A stretch of DNA of 64,000 nt, from positions 2,752,001 to 2,816,000 of the forward strand of contig CBDANF010000003.1 of assembly GCA_965197475.1 (NCBI GenBank), written 5' to 3'. A model generated the notes under the pieces. The model saw only the letters and a list, made by a program, of their open reading frames with translations, searched no databases and was not told the DNA's origin. The position numbers were made by a program, and so were the translations under genes. The DNA comes from Candidatus Poribacteria bacterium. GTDB taxonomy: Bacteria; Poribacteria; WGA-4E; WGA-3G. Position 1 is the first letter of the stretch, and every line of letters begins with the position of its first letter. Below are positions 47,849-58,645 of the stretch, in pieces.

Positions 47849-49357
47849 ATGATGACATTCATAAAAGAATTTTGGAAATCTTCTCTACTCGGTGCGCTTG
47901 GGGCACTCGTGTTACTCTATATCGGACTTTTTATTTACGATGGACTGACCGAGAACGCAACACAAGAAGTAGTAGATGCAAACGCCTACAACACCGCAAA
48001 ACCCTCGCCACCCGGTGCAGCACATGGCGGACACTGGCACGGAAACGAATGGCACGATGCCCCGCACACCCCGCCGAAAATCAAACGCGTGCGTACCAAG
48101 ACCAATGCCCGCCGAAACCGCGCACTAAAGAATATTGGACCTATCCTCCCTATCACATGTGCCGTTCCAGTAACACCACCTCTCCCAACAGATATCCAGA
48201 CGCTCCTTAACCAGATATATAAAGAAATGGTTATAGCAGGAACAATGTACGAAATACGAGATGGCGAAAAAGTTGTAACTGAGGCAGCATACAAAAGAAG
48301 GTATGACGCGCTTGTCGGCGATATGTACCCAGAGGACGCTGTCGCCTTCCTTGAAATATATCAAATTTATAACCCACTCATTTTAGCCGAACTGAAACCT
48401 CGCCGCGCCATTGACTATCTCTATAAAGTGAGGGCGCGTCAGAAAAACAGAGAAACCTACGCAAAAAGTGTCCTTGCCAGAGACCCAGGCAATCCGAATG
48501 CCCAAATGGTGCTGCTGAGTGCAGAACCGAATAACGCGACAGCGGCTGCGGGATACCGAGATATCGTCAACAGAGAACCTGAGAACATCGGTGCACTCAA
48601 CGCATTAGGATATCGTTTACATTACGACCATCCAGAGGAGGCAATTGGATACCTAAAGAAAGCAAACGGTCTTGACTCCACACTTGGGTATTTTAGTTTA
48701 GGATTGGCGTCCGAACGGCTCGGTGATGTCAAAACCGCATGGCTCTACTACAGGAAGCAGCAAACGATACAGAACGGTGACCTCGTTGAACTACATAAAC
48801 GCGCCATTGAAATGGGCAACCCTCTGTATAAACCAATTTCGCGCACATCTTCCCCGATACAAAAATCCGATGAAGTGCCATTAGATATTGGGACAGCACC
48901 ACACGAAGAAATGTTGGTACCGGTGGCAGAAGAAACTCCATGGCTACCGGAACTTCCATCCCAGGAACGCCACCCATCGGAAAATCAACTGACAGACAAG
49001 GATAGCCAAAAAGCCACACGTGCCGAAGTTACACGCGCAGAATTCCAACGACAGCAAGCTGCCGCACAACGGGAGCTTGAAGAGTTCCTCAAATGGGCGG
49101 AAAGCATCATGAACACGGAGGATGCTACTGATTTCGATGGCTTCCTTTCAAAGGAGTTCGCGGCACACCTCGACGGCGATGATGCTCTGTTTGCACCCGA
49201 ACGCACCGTCCGCGCTTATGAAATGATTGAACGATACGGGCCCGATAAAGGCTTGCAGAAGCTTAAAGAAAAGGACCCTGAACTTGCGGAACAGATGGAA
49301 CGTCTCATTGAAGCAAAACAACCATCTCGCCGTAATAAGTCGCAAAATAGAAAATGA
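47849..49357 (+). CDS. Membrane-anchored protein with His-rich motif and TPR-like repeats
   Basis: N-terminal TM, HGGHWHGNEWH, TPR-like ALNALGY..EEAIGYLKKA. Confidence 0.75.
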   Translation: MMTFIKEFWKSSLLGALGALVLLYIGLFIYDGLTENATQEVVDANAYNTAKPSPPGAAHGGHWHGNEWHDAPHTPPKIKRVRTKTNARRNRALKNIGPILPITCAVPVTPPLPTDIQTLLNQIYKEMVIAGTMYEIRDGEKVVTEAAYKRRYDALVGDMYPEDAVAFLEIYQIYNPLILAELKPRRAIDYLYKVRARQKNRETYAKSVLARDPGNPNAQMVLLSAEPNNATAAAGYRDIVNREPENIGALNALGYRLHYDHPEEAIGYLKKANGLDSTLGYFSLGLASERLGDVKTAWLYYRKQQTIQNGDLVELHKRAIEMGNPLYKPISRTSSPIQKSDEVPLDIGTAPHEEMLVPVAEETPWLPELPSQERHPSENQLTDKDSQKATRAEVTRAEFQRQQAAAQRELEEFLKWAESIMNTEDATDFDGFLSKEFAAHLDGDDALFAPERTVRAYEMIERYGPDKGLQKLKEKDPELAEQMERLIEAKQPSRRNKSQNRK

Positions 49358-49415
49358 AGAATGTCCCAGTGTTTTAGATTTAACCATAAACCCATCATAG
49401 AAAAAGGAGAGTCAA

Positions 49416-50860
49416 ATGAAATTTACTTATGTTTTAATCGGCACCTTGTGCCTCCTATGCCTCTTTATTCCTGGAAACATAGGTCTCGTAGCACAACAAA
49501 CAACGAGCATTCAGATTGAACAACCATATCTTGATCCAAATTGGCGACCAACAGCTTACTCTTACCTGACTAATGACATAGTCGTTACCGTACCCACCGG
49601 TTTCTCCAGCGGTACGCTGGTCGCAGAACTCCAGAATGTGACAGAATACGATGGTGATTCTGGGAATACGACGTGTACAGGCCCTGGCGAACAAGATGCG
49701 AACAAGATCTAACGCTACCTAAAAATACGGATTATAATGCGGGGTGGGTGAAGGATGGGAGCACACTCACGTACACCCTTAGCACTTCTGAGAGCGAGCA
49801 GACAATATCCCTTAGCATTTTCTGTACGGATTACGCCGCTTATGGCGAATTAGTATTGACTGCATCCGGCTCCGGCTACACATCCAACACTGTCACCCTA
49901 AAGATACCCAGAGATGAGAACGGCAATAAAATTGCTGATGGCTGGCGAAACGATGCAACCGTGAACTATGGGCGAGATGACGATAATGATAGTGGGCCCA
50001 ATTCTAAAACTGGCGATAGCATCACTGTCCTCAACGAATATCGTGGTCTCTACGTCAACGGCACCTGGACAGATACCGACCCCGATGGCTGGGATGTCTT
50101 CGTTCGTTCCGATGTCGGCATCGGCTATGCCAATTATTTACCTATGACTGTCCATGAAATGTCATCAACGGAGGTATGTTGGGATACCGGGCGTGTCTAC
50201 CCCTTTGAAATCGCAAGAGAGAGTGGTGAAACATGGAGACATGTTTACGCCATTAGAGTTGCCGAAGACACTGCGACAGAGGACGACGATGGTGACCCCA
50301 TTACGTTGTTGGGAATAATGACATATGGACCTCCCGTAAGTAACACAACAGGGACCATCTACACAACGAACATAACGGACTGTACATCTATGCTTGGTGT
50401 GACGGATGTTGCACGTTTTACAAATGTTGTCATTGCCCATGAAATCGGGCACGGTGTTACTCTCCAACACTGTCCGAGATATGACTCGCCCAACTGTTAT
50501 CTGTGGCGACTTCCGGACGATGCAACTGCTTTTACAACCGAGTATGCTAGTCATCATGATCAAGACTATGATCTAATTTACCACCACACCGATTTTGAGA
50601 ATATGCAGCGTCAAGCTTCTGGTCCTACTCCTTTTAGGGAGTATAGTTCTGATGGAAGAATATATACCCGATGTTTTGAAGATGTTAATGCGGACGGTGT
50701 TGTTGATATTATAGACCTATTGCTGGTTGCGTCGTATATATCGGATTCAAGTGGATGGGAACAATATGTTGCAGATGTTAACCGTGACGGTTTTGTTAAT
50801 ATTTCAGATTTAGAACGTATGGCAGCGGCATTTAGAAATGCGGATTGCCCTACTGAATAA
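49416..50860 (+). pseudogene. Secreted zinc metalloprotease-like protein with dockerin, frameshifted
   Basis: Signal peptide in the first ORF; HEIGHGVTLQH and paired DVNADG/DVNRDG dockerin repeats in the second; 11-bp duplication 49687-49708 causes the shift. Confidence 0.8.
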
Positions 50861-50911
50861 TAGCTGTGCGTTCGATACTCTATGTCTACAACAGTAGTAA
50901 TAGTAGTGCTA

Positions 50912-51034
50912 TGTCCACCTAATTTTGTGGGTAAAGGTCACGATTCGGAGATCGTTCCTACAGAAATGTAGCGTATTGTAGGAGGGAATTCCGATTCTCG
51001 ACTATTCTCACGATTTACAATCTGAAAGTGGACA
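50912..51034. mobile_element. MITE-like element enclosing a REP doublet
   Basis: tgtccac/gtggaca ends; left part matches 3304-3394. Confidence 0.55.
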
Positions 51035-51312
51035 CCAGTAGATTGGGTAGAACTTGCAACCCATAAGTGTCAATTTAGCGCGTCAGTTGTCAGTTACGTA
51101 CTCATCCTGGTATGTGCGGTGAATCCACACCAAATGTGTATAAGGTATTTGTCGGGAAACCGCACCTGCCAGGGTGTGACATAAGCACGGTTAGGAAGTT
51201 CCACCTACCGGTCCGAAGGTATCAGCGTGTAACTCTTTTCTTAAATTGACAGTTATAGGTTTCATTCTGTTCAAGCCAATCTACGTTGATAAGCAACAAG
51301 AGGAACTCTACA

Positions 51313-52503
51313 ATGATGATCAAATTATTTTTGACTTTAACCATTTTGTTTATAACGCTTGCCTTTGTACCAAACACCTCTACACAAGATTCACCACAAA
51401 AACAACTACCGGAAGGTGCGAAAATACGCATTGATATGATCAGTAAAGATGGTCAAGGCAGGGTAAGGGATATAGCATATTCTCCGGATGGCACGCGTCT
51501 GGCTGTTGCAAGTACTATTGGAATACGGCTCTACGACGCGCAGATTGGTAATGAACTTAACCTGCTCACTGACAATGCATCTGATGCAACAAGCGTAGCG
51601 TTCAGTCCAGACGGAAAAACCATCGCAGGTGGAATTTTGGACGGAACTATTTATTTGTGGGATGTGGACGCAGGCACACGCCTCCACAAAATCATGGCAC
51701 ATGCGGCGTGGGTCTCAAGCATAGCGTTCAGTCCGGACGGAAAAACTATCGCAAGTGGAGGGGACGGTTTTGACTCTACTATTCGACTGTGGGATGTGAA
51801 CACAGGTGCACGCCTCCGCACAATTGCAGGTACAGGTGAAACCTTAAGTGTGGTTTTCAGTCCGGATGGAAAAACTATCGCAAGTGGAGGTTTAGACAAA
51901 ACCATCCGACTGTGGGATGCCGACACAGGAACACGCCTCCACACACTCACAGGGCATATGCTTCGGGTCCATAGCATAGCGTTCAGTCCGGATGGAAAAA
52001 CTATCGCAAGTGGAAGTAGTGATAACACCATCCGTTTCTGGGATTCGGAAACAGGAACACGCCTCCACAAGATCAAAATCAAAATTAGTGGACTGGACCC
52101 CCATTTTGATTTCTATAGTGTCGTGTTCAGTCCGGATGGAAAAACTATCGCAAGTGGAAGTAATGATAACACCAGCCGTTTGTGGGATGTGAACACAGGT
52201 AGCCTTCTTCACACGTTCAAAGGACATACAGAGTCCGTCTATAGTGTCGCGTTTAGTCCGGATGGAAAGACACTCGCAAGCGGAAGTAGGTCCGGTACGG
52301 TATTCCTGTGGGATGTCCTACCTATTCTACTACCCGAAGATGTCAATAAGGACGGTGTTGTCAATATTATGGATTTAGTTGTTGTCGCGGAAGCTTTTGG
52401 GGAAGCGGAACCGGATCTCAACGACGATGGAGTTGTTGATATACTGGACTTGCTCATTGTGGCATCGGCATTTGGGAATACGGTTCCGTCCCCTGAAGAA
52501 TAA
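51313..52503 (+). CDS. Secreted WD40-repeat protein with dockerin-like domain
   Basis: Signal peptide, LPEGAKIRI, seven WD40 repeats, EDVNKDGVVNIMDL..DLNDDGVVDILDL. Confidence 0.9.
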   Translation: MMIKLFLTLTILFITLAFVPNTSTQDSPQKQLPEGAKIRIDMISKDGQGRVRDIAYSPDGTRLAVASTIGIRLYDAQIGNELNLLTDNASDATSVAFSPDGKTIAGGILDGTIYLWDVDAGTRLHKIMAHAAWVSSIAFSPDGKTIASGGDGFDSTIRLWDVNTGARLRTIAGTGETLSVVFSPDGKTIASGGLDKTIRLWDADTGTRLHTLTGHMLRVHSIAFSPDGKTIASGSSDNTIRFWDSETGTRLHKIKIKISGLDPHFDFYSVVFSPDGKTIASGSNDNTSRLWDVNTGSLLHTFKGHTESVYSVAFSPDGKTLASGSRSGTVFLWDVLPILLPEDVNKDGVVNIMDLVVVAEAFGEAEPDLNDDGVVDILDLLIVASAFGNTVPSPEE

Positions 52504-52525
52504 CATGCTTGATACTACTCAAAAG

Positions 52526-52652
52526 GTAAGCGCGGTTTCCTAACCGCTCCATGTCATCATATACGAGGATCGCACGCTATGCTCCATCCAGATCACAGAA
52601 CACGTGTTCCGTTCTTTGGATAAGTTCGGTGCGGTTAGGAAACCGCACCTAC
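52526..52652. repeat. REP doublet (gtaggtgcggtttcctaaccgcacc type)
   Basis: Inverted copies at 52526-52550 and 52628-52652; degenerate copies at 51155-51210. Confidence 0.65.
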
Positions 52653-52705
52653 CGTGCACGGTGAACATTTTGTACTTTCTTCTAAGCAAAAGGAGAAACT
52701 AGACA

Positions 52706-53905
52706 ATGAAAATCAAGTCATTTTTAATTTTAACTGTTTTATTTGTGAGACTCACATTTATCTCAAGCACCTTTGCCCAAAATCTACCACATTGGCCGCT
52801 CCCGGAAGGTGCGAAAATACGCATTGAAATCATTGGAAAAGCTGGTAGGGGTTGGGTAAAGGATATAGCCTATTCTCCGGATAGCACACATCTGGCGATA
52901 GCGAGTTCTACTGAAATATTGCTCTTCGACGCGCAGACTGGTAAAGAACTTGACCGGCTTACGGGACATACCTCTGATGTTAGAAGCGTATCATTCAGTC
53001 CGGATGGGAAAACTATCGCAAGTAGTAGTTTTGAGGGTACTCTCTGCTTGTGGGATGTGGACGCAGGCACATGTCTCCACACAATCGCAGCACATATGAC
53101 GGTGGCTTCAAGCGTCGCGTTCAGTCCGGATGGGAAAACTATCGCAAGTGGAGGGGGAATTTTTGACTCTACTATTCGTCTGTGGGATGTGAACACAGGA
53201 ACACGCCTTCGCACAATCAAAAGTACGGGTGAGATTTCAAGTGTGGTTTTCAGTCCGGATGGAAAAACTATCGCAAGTGGAGGTTTAGACAAAACCATCC
53301 GTTTGTGGGATGTGGACACAGGAACACGCCTCCACACACTCACAGGGCATCTGCTTCGGGTCAATAGGGTAGCGTTCAGTCCGGATGGAAAAACTATCGC
53401 AAGCGGAAGCGGGGATAACACCATCCGGCTGTGGGATGTGGACACAGGAACATCCCTCTACACGATCCGACTTAGAGGTTTTAGCAACCATTACGGTTTC
53501 TCCAGCGTGGCGTTTAGTCCGGATGGAAAAACTATCGCAAGTACCAATTTTAACCGCAATGTTCGTTTATGGGATGCAAACACAGGTAGCCTTATTCACA
53601 CCTTCAATGAAAGACAGATTGGAGGACATGCTTATTGGCCCTATAGTGTTGCGTTTAGTCCGGATGGCAAGACACTCGCAAGTGGAGATAGGCTCGGCAT
53701 CGTTATTTTGTGGGATGTTCTATCTATTCTACTACCCGAAGATGTCAATAAGGACGGTGTTGTCAATATTATGGATTTAGTTGTTGTCGCGAATGCTTTT
53801 GGTGAAGCAGAACCGGATCTCAACGACGATGGAGTTGTTGATATACTGGACTTGCTCATTGTGGCATCGGCACTTGGGAGTACGGTTCTCGCCCCTGAAG
53901 AATAG
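52706..53905 (+). CDS. Secreted WD40-repeat protein with dockerin-like domain (tandem paralogue)
   Basis: Same architecture; dockerin-coding DNA almost identical to the upstream gene. Confidence 0.9.
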   Translation: MKIKSFLILTVLFVRLTFISSTFAQNLPHWPLPEGAKIRIEIIGKAGRGWVKDIAYSPDSTHLAIASSTEILLFDAQTGKELDRLTGHTSDVRSVSFSPDGKTIASSSFEGTLCLWDVDAGTCLHTIAAHMTVASSVAFSPDGKTIASGGGIFDSTIRLWDVNTGTRLRTIKSTGEISSVVFSPDGKTIASGGLDKTIRLWDVDTGTRLHTLTGHLLRVNRVAFSPDGKTIASGSGDNTIRLWDVDTGTSLYTIRLRGFSNHYGFSSVAFSPDGKTIASTNFNRNVRLWDANTGSLIHTFNERQIGGHAYWPYSVAFSPDGKTLASGDRLGIVILWDVLSILLPEDVNKDGVVNIMDLVVVANAFGEAEPDLNDDGVVDILDLLIVASALGSTVLAPEE

Positions 53906-54063
53906 CCCCGCTATCTATACCCTATGCCTATAACGACAGCACTGTTGTAGAATTATTTAAACCCATTCAATCCGGAAACATGAATACTGCAGTGCTTGTA
54001 AATAACTTGGCAGAACATCAAGCTTGTTAAATGTTCTACCAAGTTTGTATAACTTTTAGGTTT

Positions 54064-54274
54064 TATACCAAATTAACAGGATTGTCTTATTTTTCTGAGC
54101 AAACAGCGCACTTACAAAGCGCGCCTACAAGAATAATCAAGTTAATATGGTATTAGTTAAGCAGGACTTACGCATTCCCCCTTGATAAGGGGGTTAAATA
54201 GGCAGAATTTGGTGCTTTTAACCCCCTAAATCCCCCTTATCAGTGGGACTTTTAAACACATTGCGTCCGTCCTG
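54064..54274. mobile_element. Two adjacent MITEs
   Basis: 54064-54155 with tatacc ends; 54162-54274 with caggacttacgca/tgcgtccgtcctg ends and internal C/G-run hairpins. Confidence 0.65.
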
Positions 54275-55039
54275 TTAAGAAAGTCCCATGGCTTGCAAGT
54301 TTTTAAGGCTAATACCTAAACTCTCAAATGGATCGCGTTCATAACAGGAATCTTGTTCAATAATATACCATTCAACTTCAGCGTCCTCACACGCATTCAA
54401 GATCTCTGGCCAATTAAGGTTGCCTTCACCGACTTCAGCATATCTTTGTGTGTTACCTTTGACAGCCATATCTTTGAGATGGACAATATGCGCGCGTCCT
54501 TTTAACTTACGGATCCACTCGGCAGGGTCGCCACCTCCGTGCTGAATCCAATAGGTATCAATTTCGCTATTAAAATATTTCGGGTCGCTTTCCTCATATA
54601 AGATTTGCAGCCCGGTGCGTCCATTATAACGTTCCAATTCAAAACTGTGATTGTGATAGGAAAAGGTCAAACCACCTTCTGCAAGCCGTGCTGCAACTTC
54701 AGAGGCTTCTTTCGCAAATTGTGCATAACCTTCTGCACTGCGATATTCACCTGAAAGTCCACCAATTGCCGCGTGTTTACATCCCCACAATTGATGTTCA
54801 TCAATAACCGCTTGCGGTTCATCACGCATACGCGTATAACTACTGTGTGTCGCGCAGATCGTGATACCTTCATTGTCAATAATCTTTTTCAACGCTTCAG
54901 GTTCAATCGGACCGAGGGCAGAACATTGAACAGCTTCATAGCCGAGCTGCCTGACTTTTTTCATAGTTTCCACAATGTCTGCTTCGGTTTTAGTGAATTC
55001 CCTAAGCGTATAGAGTTGGGCGGCGAGTTGTGTTGCCAT
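54275..55039 (-). CDS. Sugar phosphate isomerase/epimerase (xylose isomerase-like TIM barrel)
   Basis: QLYTLRE, YHNHSFE, EIDTYW, HLKD, IIEQD; ATG 55039 after GGAG. Confidence 0.9.
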   Translation of the reverse strand: MATQLAAQLYTLREFTKTEADIVETMKKVRQLGYEAVQCSALGPIEPEALKKIIDNEGITICATHSSYTRMRDEPQAVIDEHQLWGCKHAAIGGLSGEYRSAEGYAQFAKEASEVAARLAEGGLTFSYHNHSFELERYNGRTGLQILYEESDPKYFNSEIDTYWIQHGGGDPAEWIRKLKGRAHIVHLKDMAVKGNTQRYAEVGEGNLNWPEILNACEDAEVEWYIIEQDSCYERDPFESLGISLKNLQAMGLS

Positions 55040-55266
55040 AATCTCTCCTTCTGTCATTATGGTGAGTATTAAAATATGTTGACATCCGGTAGGCGCGCTT
55101 TGTAAGCGCGCCAATTGACGGTGTGTCGTTAAGTGTAAAATCTGCTATAAAATATGCAGTTCGTGGATAGTATACTCACAAGGGTAGCAGATGTCAAGTC
55201 AAAATTATATACTAAAAATAAATTGATTTGCATAAAATACATCAATTTTGGTAAAATTAACATATT

Positions 55267-55620
55267 ATGAATCCTTTTTTCTTTGGTAGTAAAGGACGAG
55301 GTATATTTCGTTTTTTACGTATCTTTCTCCATTTTCCGAACTTTATTCGCCTCACGTTGCGGCTTTTCCGCGATGCACACGTGCCTATCTATCGGAAGGC
55401 GATTCTCGTTATTTCCGAAATTCTCGCGGGCACCTTCGCTATTGTTTACTTGGTGTATCCACTTGATGTCATATTTGATTTTCTGCCGATTGTGGGACGT
55501 TTTGACGATATTTTCATTGGAGCGTTGATTATTTTGGTGCCGGGGGCATGGTTATTCATCAAATCATGTCCAGAACATATTGTTCGTGAACATGTGGATA
55601 GAATTTCGCGTGGTGAATGA
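55267..55620 (+). CDS. DUF1232/YkvA membrane protein
   Basis: YLVYPLDVIFDFLPIVGRFDD. Confidence 0.85.
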   Translation: MNPFFFGSKGRGIFRFLRIFLHFPNFIRLTLRLFRDAHVPIYRKAILVISEILAGTFAIVYLVYPLDVIFDFLPIVGRFDDIFIGALIILVPGAWLFIKSCPEHIVREHVDRISRGE

Positions 55621-55745
55621 AACGTAATTTCACTGTTACTTTTTTTTTTTGCAACTTTATTTAATAATAGGTGTGTTTTTAGGCGTAAACACTAACAAAT
55701 TTAAAAGTCCAATAGACAAAATAAATAACACTGGAGGTTTATATC

Positions 55746-57338
55746 ATGTTAAATTTCAGACACATACTTCGCAGACGCGCGGCAATACTATTAATATTAG
55801 CCGGACTTGCCGTTGCAACAGGACTTATTATTAACCACGGAACAGACGAATTTGTTGTACTGACTGCGATCGGTGAAACAAACGAAACACCTCATGAATT
55901 AGAAGATTTTCAGTATCTCGAACGTGCGAATCGTGCATTCATTAATTTGGTAGCGCGGACGCGATCATCTGTCGTGCAAATTACGACAAAGACGGAACAA
56001 AAAGTTGAGATGCCAATTCCACCGGAAGGAATGGACAGAGATGAGTTAAGACGGTTTTTTGGTGACGATTTGTTTGAACACTTTTTTGGAGACCGCACAC
56101 CCAGCGTCCCCAGACCTACTACAGGTGTCGGCTCCGGTGTAATTGTCAGTGATGATGGTTATATTCTGACAAATAACCACGTTATTGATATGGCGGATGA
56201 GATCACTGTCACCCTTGCCAATGGTAAAGAATATGATGCAGAATTAGTCGGACGTGATTCAGCCTTAAAAAATGGTGGCGGAACCGATTTAGCTGTCATC
56301 AAAATTGATGCTAATAAACTCCCTGTCTTACCGTTTGGGGATTCGGACTCGCTTGAAGTGGGCGAATGGGTGATTGCAATCGGAACGCCGCTTAACTACT
56401 CACAAACTGTAACGCGCGGTATTGTAAGTGCCAAAGAACGCGTAGGGTACACCGCCTATAGTAAATTCATTCAAACCGATGCACCGATTAATCGTGGAAA
56501 CAGTGGTGGAGCCTTGATAAACATTCGCGGCGAATTAGTAGGTATTAATACCTTCATTGCCACCGGCGGTTTTACAAGTGGAAATATAGGTTTGGGCTTT
56601 GCGATTCCAAGCAATATTGCCCGGCAAATCTTGCCCGAACTAATTAAAAATGGTGAAATTGTTCGGGGTTGGCTCGGTATTTGGATGGGCGAAGTCAATC
56701 ATGACTTAGCAGAAAAATTTGGACTTGACTCGCCACGCGGCGTGCTTGTTACCGAAGTAGGCCCGGATAGTCCAGCGGAGAAAGCAGGTATCCACAGAGG
56801 CGACATTATTTTTGAATTCAACAAAGAACAGATTCAGGATACATCGCATTTGAGGCATACTGTCGGAGCAACAGCAGTCGGCACATCTGTCCAAATACAA
56901 GTGCTCCGAAACGGAAAACGGAAACAGCTAACTGCTGAATTGGAAAAACGGACGGAAGAGGTTTTAGCAACTCTTATACCGTCTGATACAACTGATTCCG
57001 AGTTAATGCCCCCTGAACAGGAACCGGAGACGGAAACATTTGCCGGGATGCATGTTCAAAAATTGACACCTGAACTTGCAAGACGTTATAGGTATCTAAA
57101 TGAAACCGGTGTTATCGTGGTAAAAGTCGAGCCGAATAGTCCGGCAGCAGAAAATGGCATTCAAAAAGGGTATCTCATAGAGGAAATAGATTATAATGCC
57201 GTTAAAAATCTGAAAGACTACAAGAGAATTGTTGAAGAGTTGAAAGAAAAGGGTGAAAAGCTGGCACTCGTTTATGTCAAAGATCTAAACCGTCGTGGGA
57301 ATTATGTGACATTAAGGATTAAACCGGGAGATCGATAG
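55746..57338 (+). CDS. degP: HtrA/DegP (Do) serine protease with two PDZ domains
   Basis: GSGVI, LTNNHV, DLAVIK, IQTDAPINRGNSGG. Confidence 0.93.
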   Translation: MLNFRHILRRRAAILLILAGLAVATGLIINHGTDEFVVLTAIGETNETPHELEDFQYLERANRAFINLVARTRSSVVQITTKTEQKVEMPIPPEGMDRDELRRFFGDDLFEHFFGDRTPSVPRPTTGVGSGVIVSDDGYILTNNHVIDMADEITVTLANGKEYDAELVGRDSALKNGGGTDLAVIKIDANKLPVLPFGDSDSLEVGEWVIAIGTPLNYSQTVTRGIVSAKERVGYTAYSKFIQTDAPINRGNSGGALINIRGELVGINTFIATGGFTSGNIGLGFAIPSNIARQILPELIKNGEIVRGWLGIWMGEVNHDLAEKFGLDSPRGVLVTEVGPDSPAEKAGIHRGDIIFEFNKEQIQDTSHLRHTVGATAVGTSVQIQVLRNGKRKQLTAELEKRTEEVLATLIPSDTTDSELMPPEQEPETETFAGMHVQKLTPELARRYRYLNETGVIVVKVEPNSPAAENGIQKGYLIEEIDYNAVKNLKDYKRIVEELKEKGEKLALVYVKDLNRRGNYVTLRIKPGDR

Positions 57339-57387
57339 AATTCAAAAGGATTACAATTTCCACGAATCGGCAAACACAAAGCAAAAT

Positions 57388-57482
57388 GGCTCATGTTCAA
57401 AGAATGAGTGCTAATGAAGAAAGTTCACCCCGCGCGGCCATGCCTTCATTAAAAACAACCGCACACACTTTTTACATGAGCG
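57388..57482. repeat. ~95-bp hairpin element, copy 1
   Basis: gctcatgt...acatgagc termini; homologous to 58983-59073. Confidence 0.75.
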
Positions 57483-57786
57483 AAAGTATTTTATAGGTAG
57501 CAACTTAGGTTAAATTAGTCTAACTTAATGACAACACCTTATGATGTATCCTGCATTCCGCAGTTCTTTTTTAGGTTTTTTGTATTTATTGAATCCTATA
57601 AACCTTTGTAGATACTGAGTTCTTCCATTTTTTGTGATCAGATCAAATCTTGTAATTAATTCAAAAATAGTCAAAAAAACAGTGCAATTTGAGCATCAAA
57701 ATTGCCAGAAACCCAGTATTCATGCGCTGCGGAATATGGGATGTATATAATAGCATTTCACTTGCGCAGAAAATAAGGAGAATACA

Positions 57787-58593
57787 GTGAAATATTTAAA
57801 AATCCTCAGCATTGTGGGAATAGGTTGTGCAGCAGCTTTATTACTTGTATTTGGGATGCGGCTCCAAGCACAGAATAAAATAAAAGAGAAATTTATTGCT
57901 GCGAAAGCAAACGAAATGAAAGCACAAGCGATGCAGCGAGTAGGCCAGTTTCGCAACCGTCAGCAAAGTTTGAACTGGGGAACACAAGGTCGCCAACAGA
58001 ATTGGTCAAGAGAAGGGCGGCAACAAAGTTCACGATGGGGAGAGCAAGGACGTTCGGAAAAATCCGGTTCTGATGATAAATCAGCATTTTACCGTGTGAT
58101 TGTAGACAATAATATCTTTCGCCCTCTCGGTTGGAGACCTTCTAAGAAAGATCCTGAATACACTTTTATTGGTACTTCGGTTCCCCTTGATGGTACTAAA
58201 GCGGAGGCATACGTCTTAGAAAGACGTTCAAATAAATTCTATACAGCAATGGTCGGTGATAAAATCGGGGATGCTGTTGTCAAAGAAATTAAGCAGAAAC
58301 AGATCACTTTGGATAAAAATGGTGAAGTAATAACACTCAAAGGTGGAAATATGCAGTTCCTCCAAGCTGGAGGTTCTCGTCGTGGTGGTCGTTCCAGAGC
58401 AGAGGAATCTGATTCAGACAATAACAATAAAGAGAACGTTTCCAAATCTTACGATAAAGAAGCTGCTATGAGAAAAGCCAGAGAAACCGCTATGCAAAAA
58501 AAGATAATACCAAAAGAAAAAATTATGATACGGGGATTGTCTGAGAAAGCTGCACGAGAACTGCGCGAACAGATCAGAATCGAATATCGTTGA
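57787..58593 (+). CDS. Membrane-anchored hypothetical protein with a GspC/PilP-like beta domain
   Basis: N-terminal TM; NIFRPLG..FIGT..VGDKIGDAVVKEIKQKQITL pattern. Confidence 0.6.
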   Translation: MKYLKILSIVGIGCAAALLLVFGMRLQAQNKIKEKFIAAKANEMKAQAMQRVGQFRNRQQSLNWGTQGRQQNWSREGRQQSSRWGEQGRSEKSGSDDKSAFYRVIVDNNIFRPLGWRPSKKDPEYTFIGTSVPLDGTKAEAYVLERRSNKFYTAMVGDKIGDAVVKEIKQKQITLDKNGEVITLKGGNMQFLQAGGSRRGGRSRAEESDSDNNNKENVSKSYDKEAAMRKARETAMQKKIIPKEKIMIRGLSEKAARELREQIRIEYR

Positions 58594-58645
58594 GGTAGAG
58601 GACGTGGCCGTTAGTATGCTCTTCACTCTGAAATCCTAATTAACT

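Noticed and set aside
51590-53680. Periodic repeats (ttcagtccggatggaaaaactatcgcaagt) resembling a CRISPR array
   Set aside because: They encode FSPDGKTIAS of WD40 repeats at ~125-bp spacing inside ORFs; no cas genes.
47402-54000. tRNA-Pro as integration site for the secreted-protein cluster
   Set aside because: The cluster lies on the tRNA 5' side; I saw no duplicated tRNA 3' end and no integrase.
55650-55680. TGCAAC upstream of degP as a target of the fusion sigma factors
   Set aside because: The -10 position reads TGTT rather than CGTC and the CGTTTT tract is absent; too weak.
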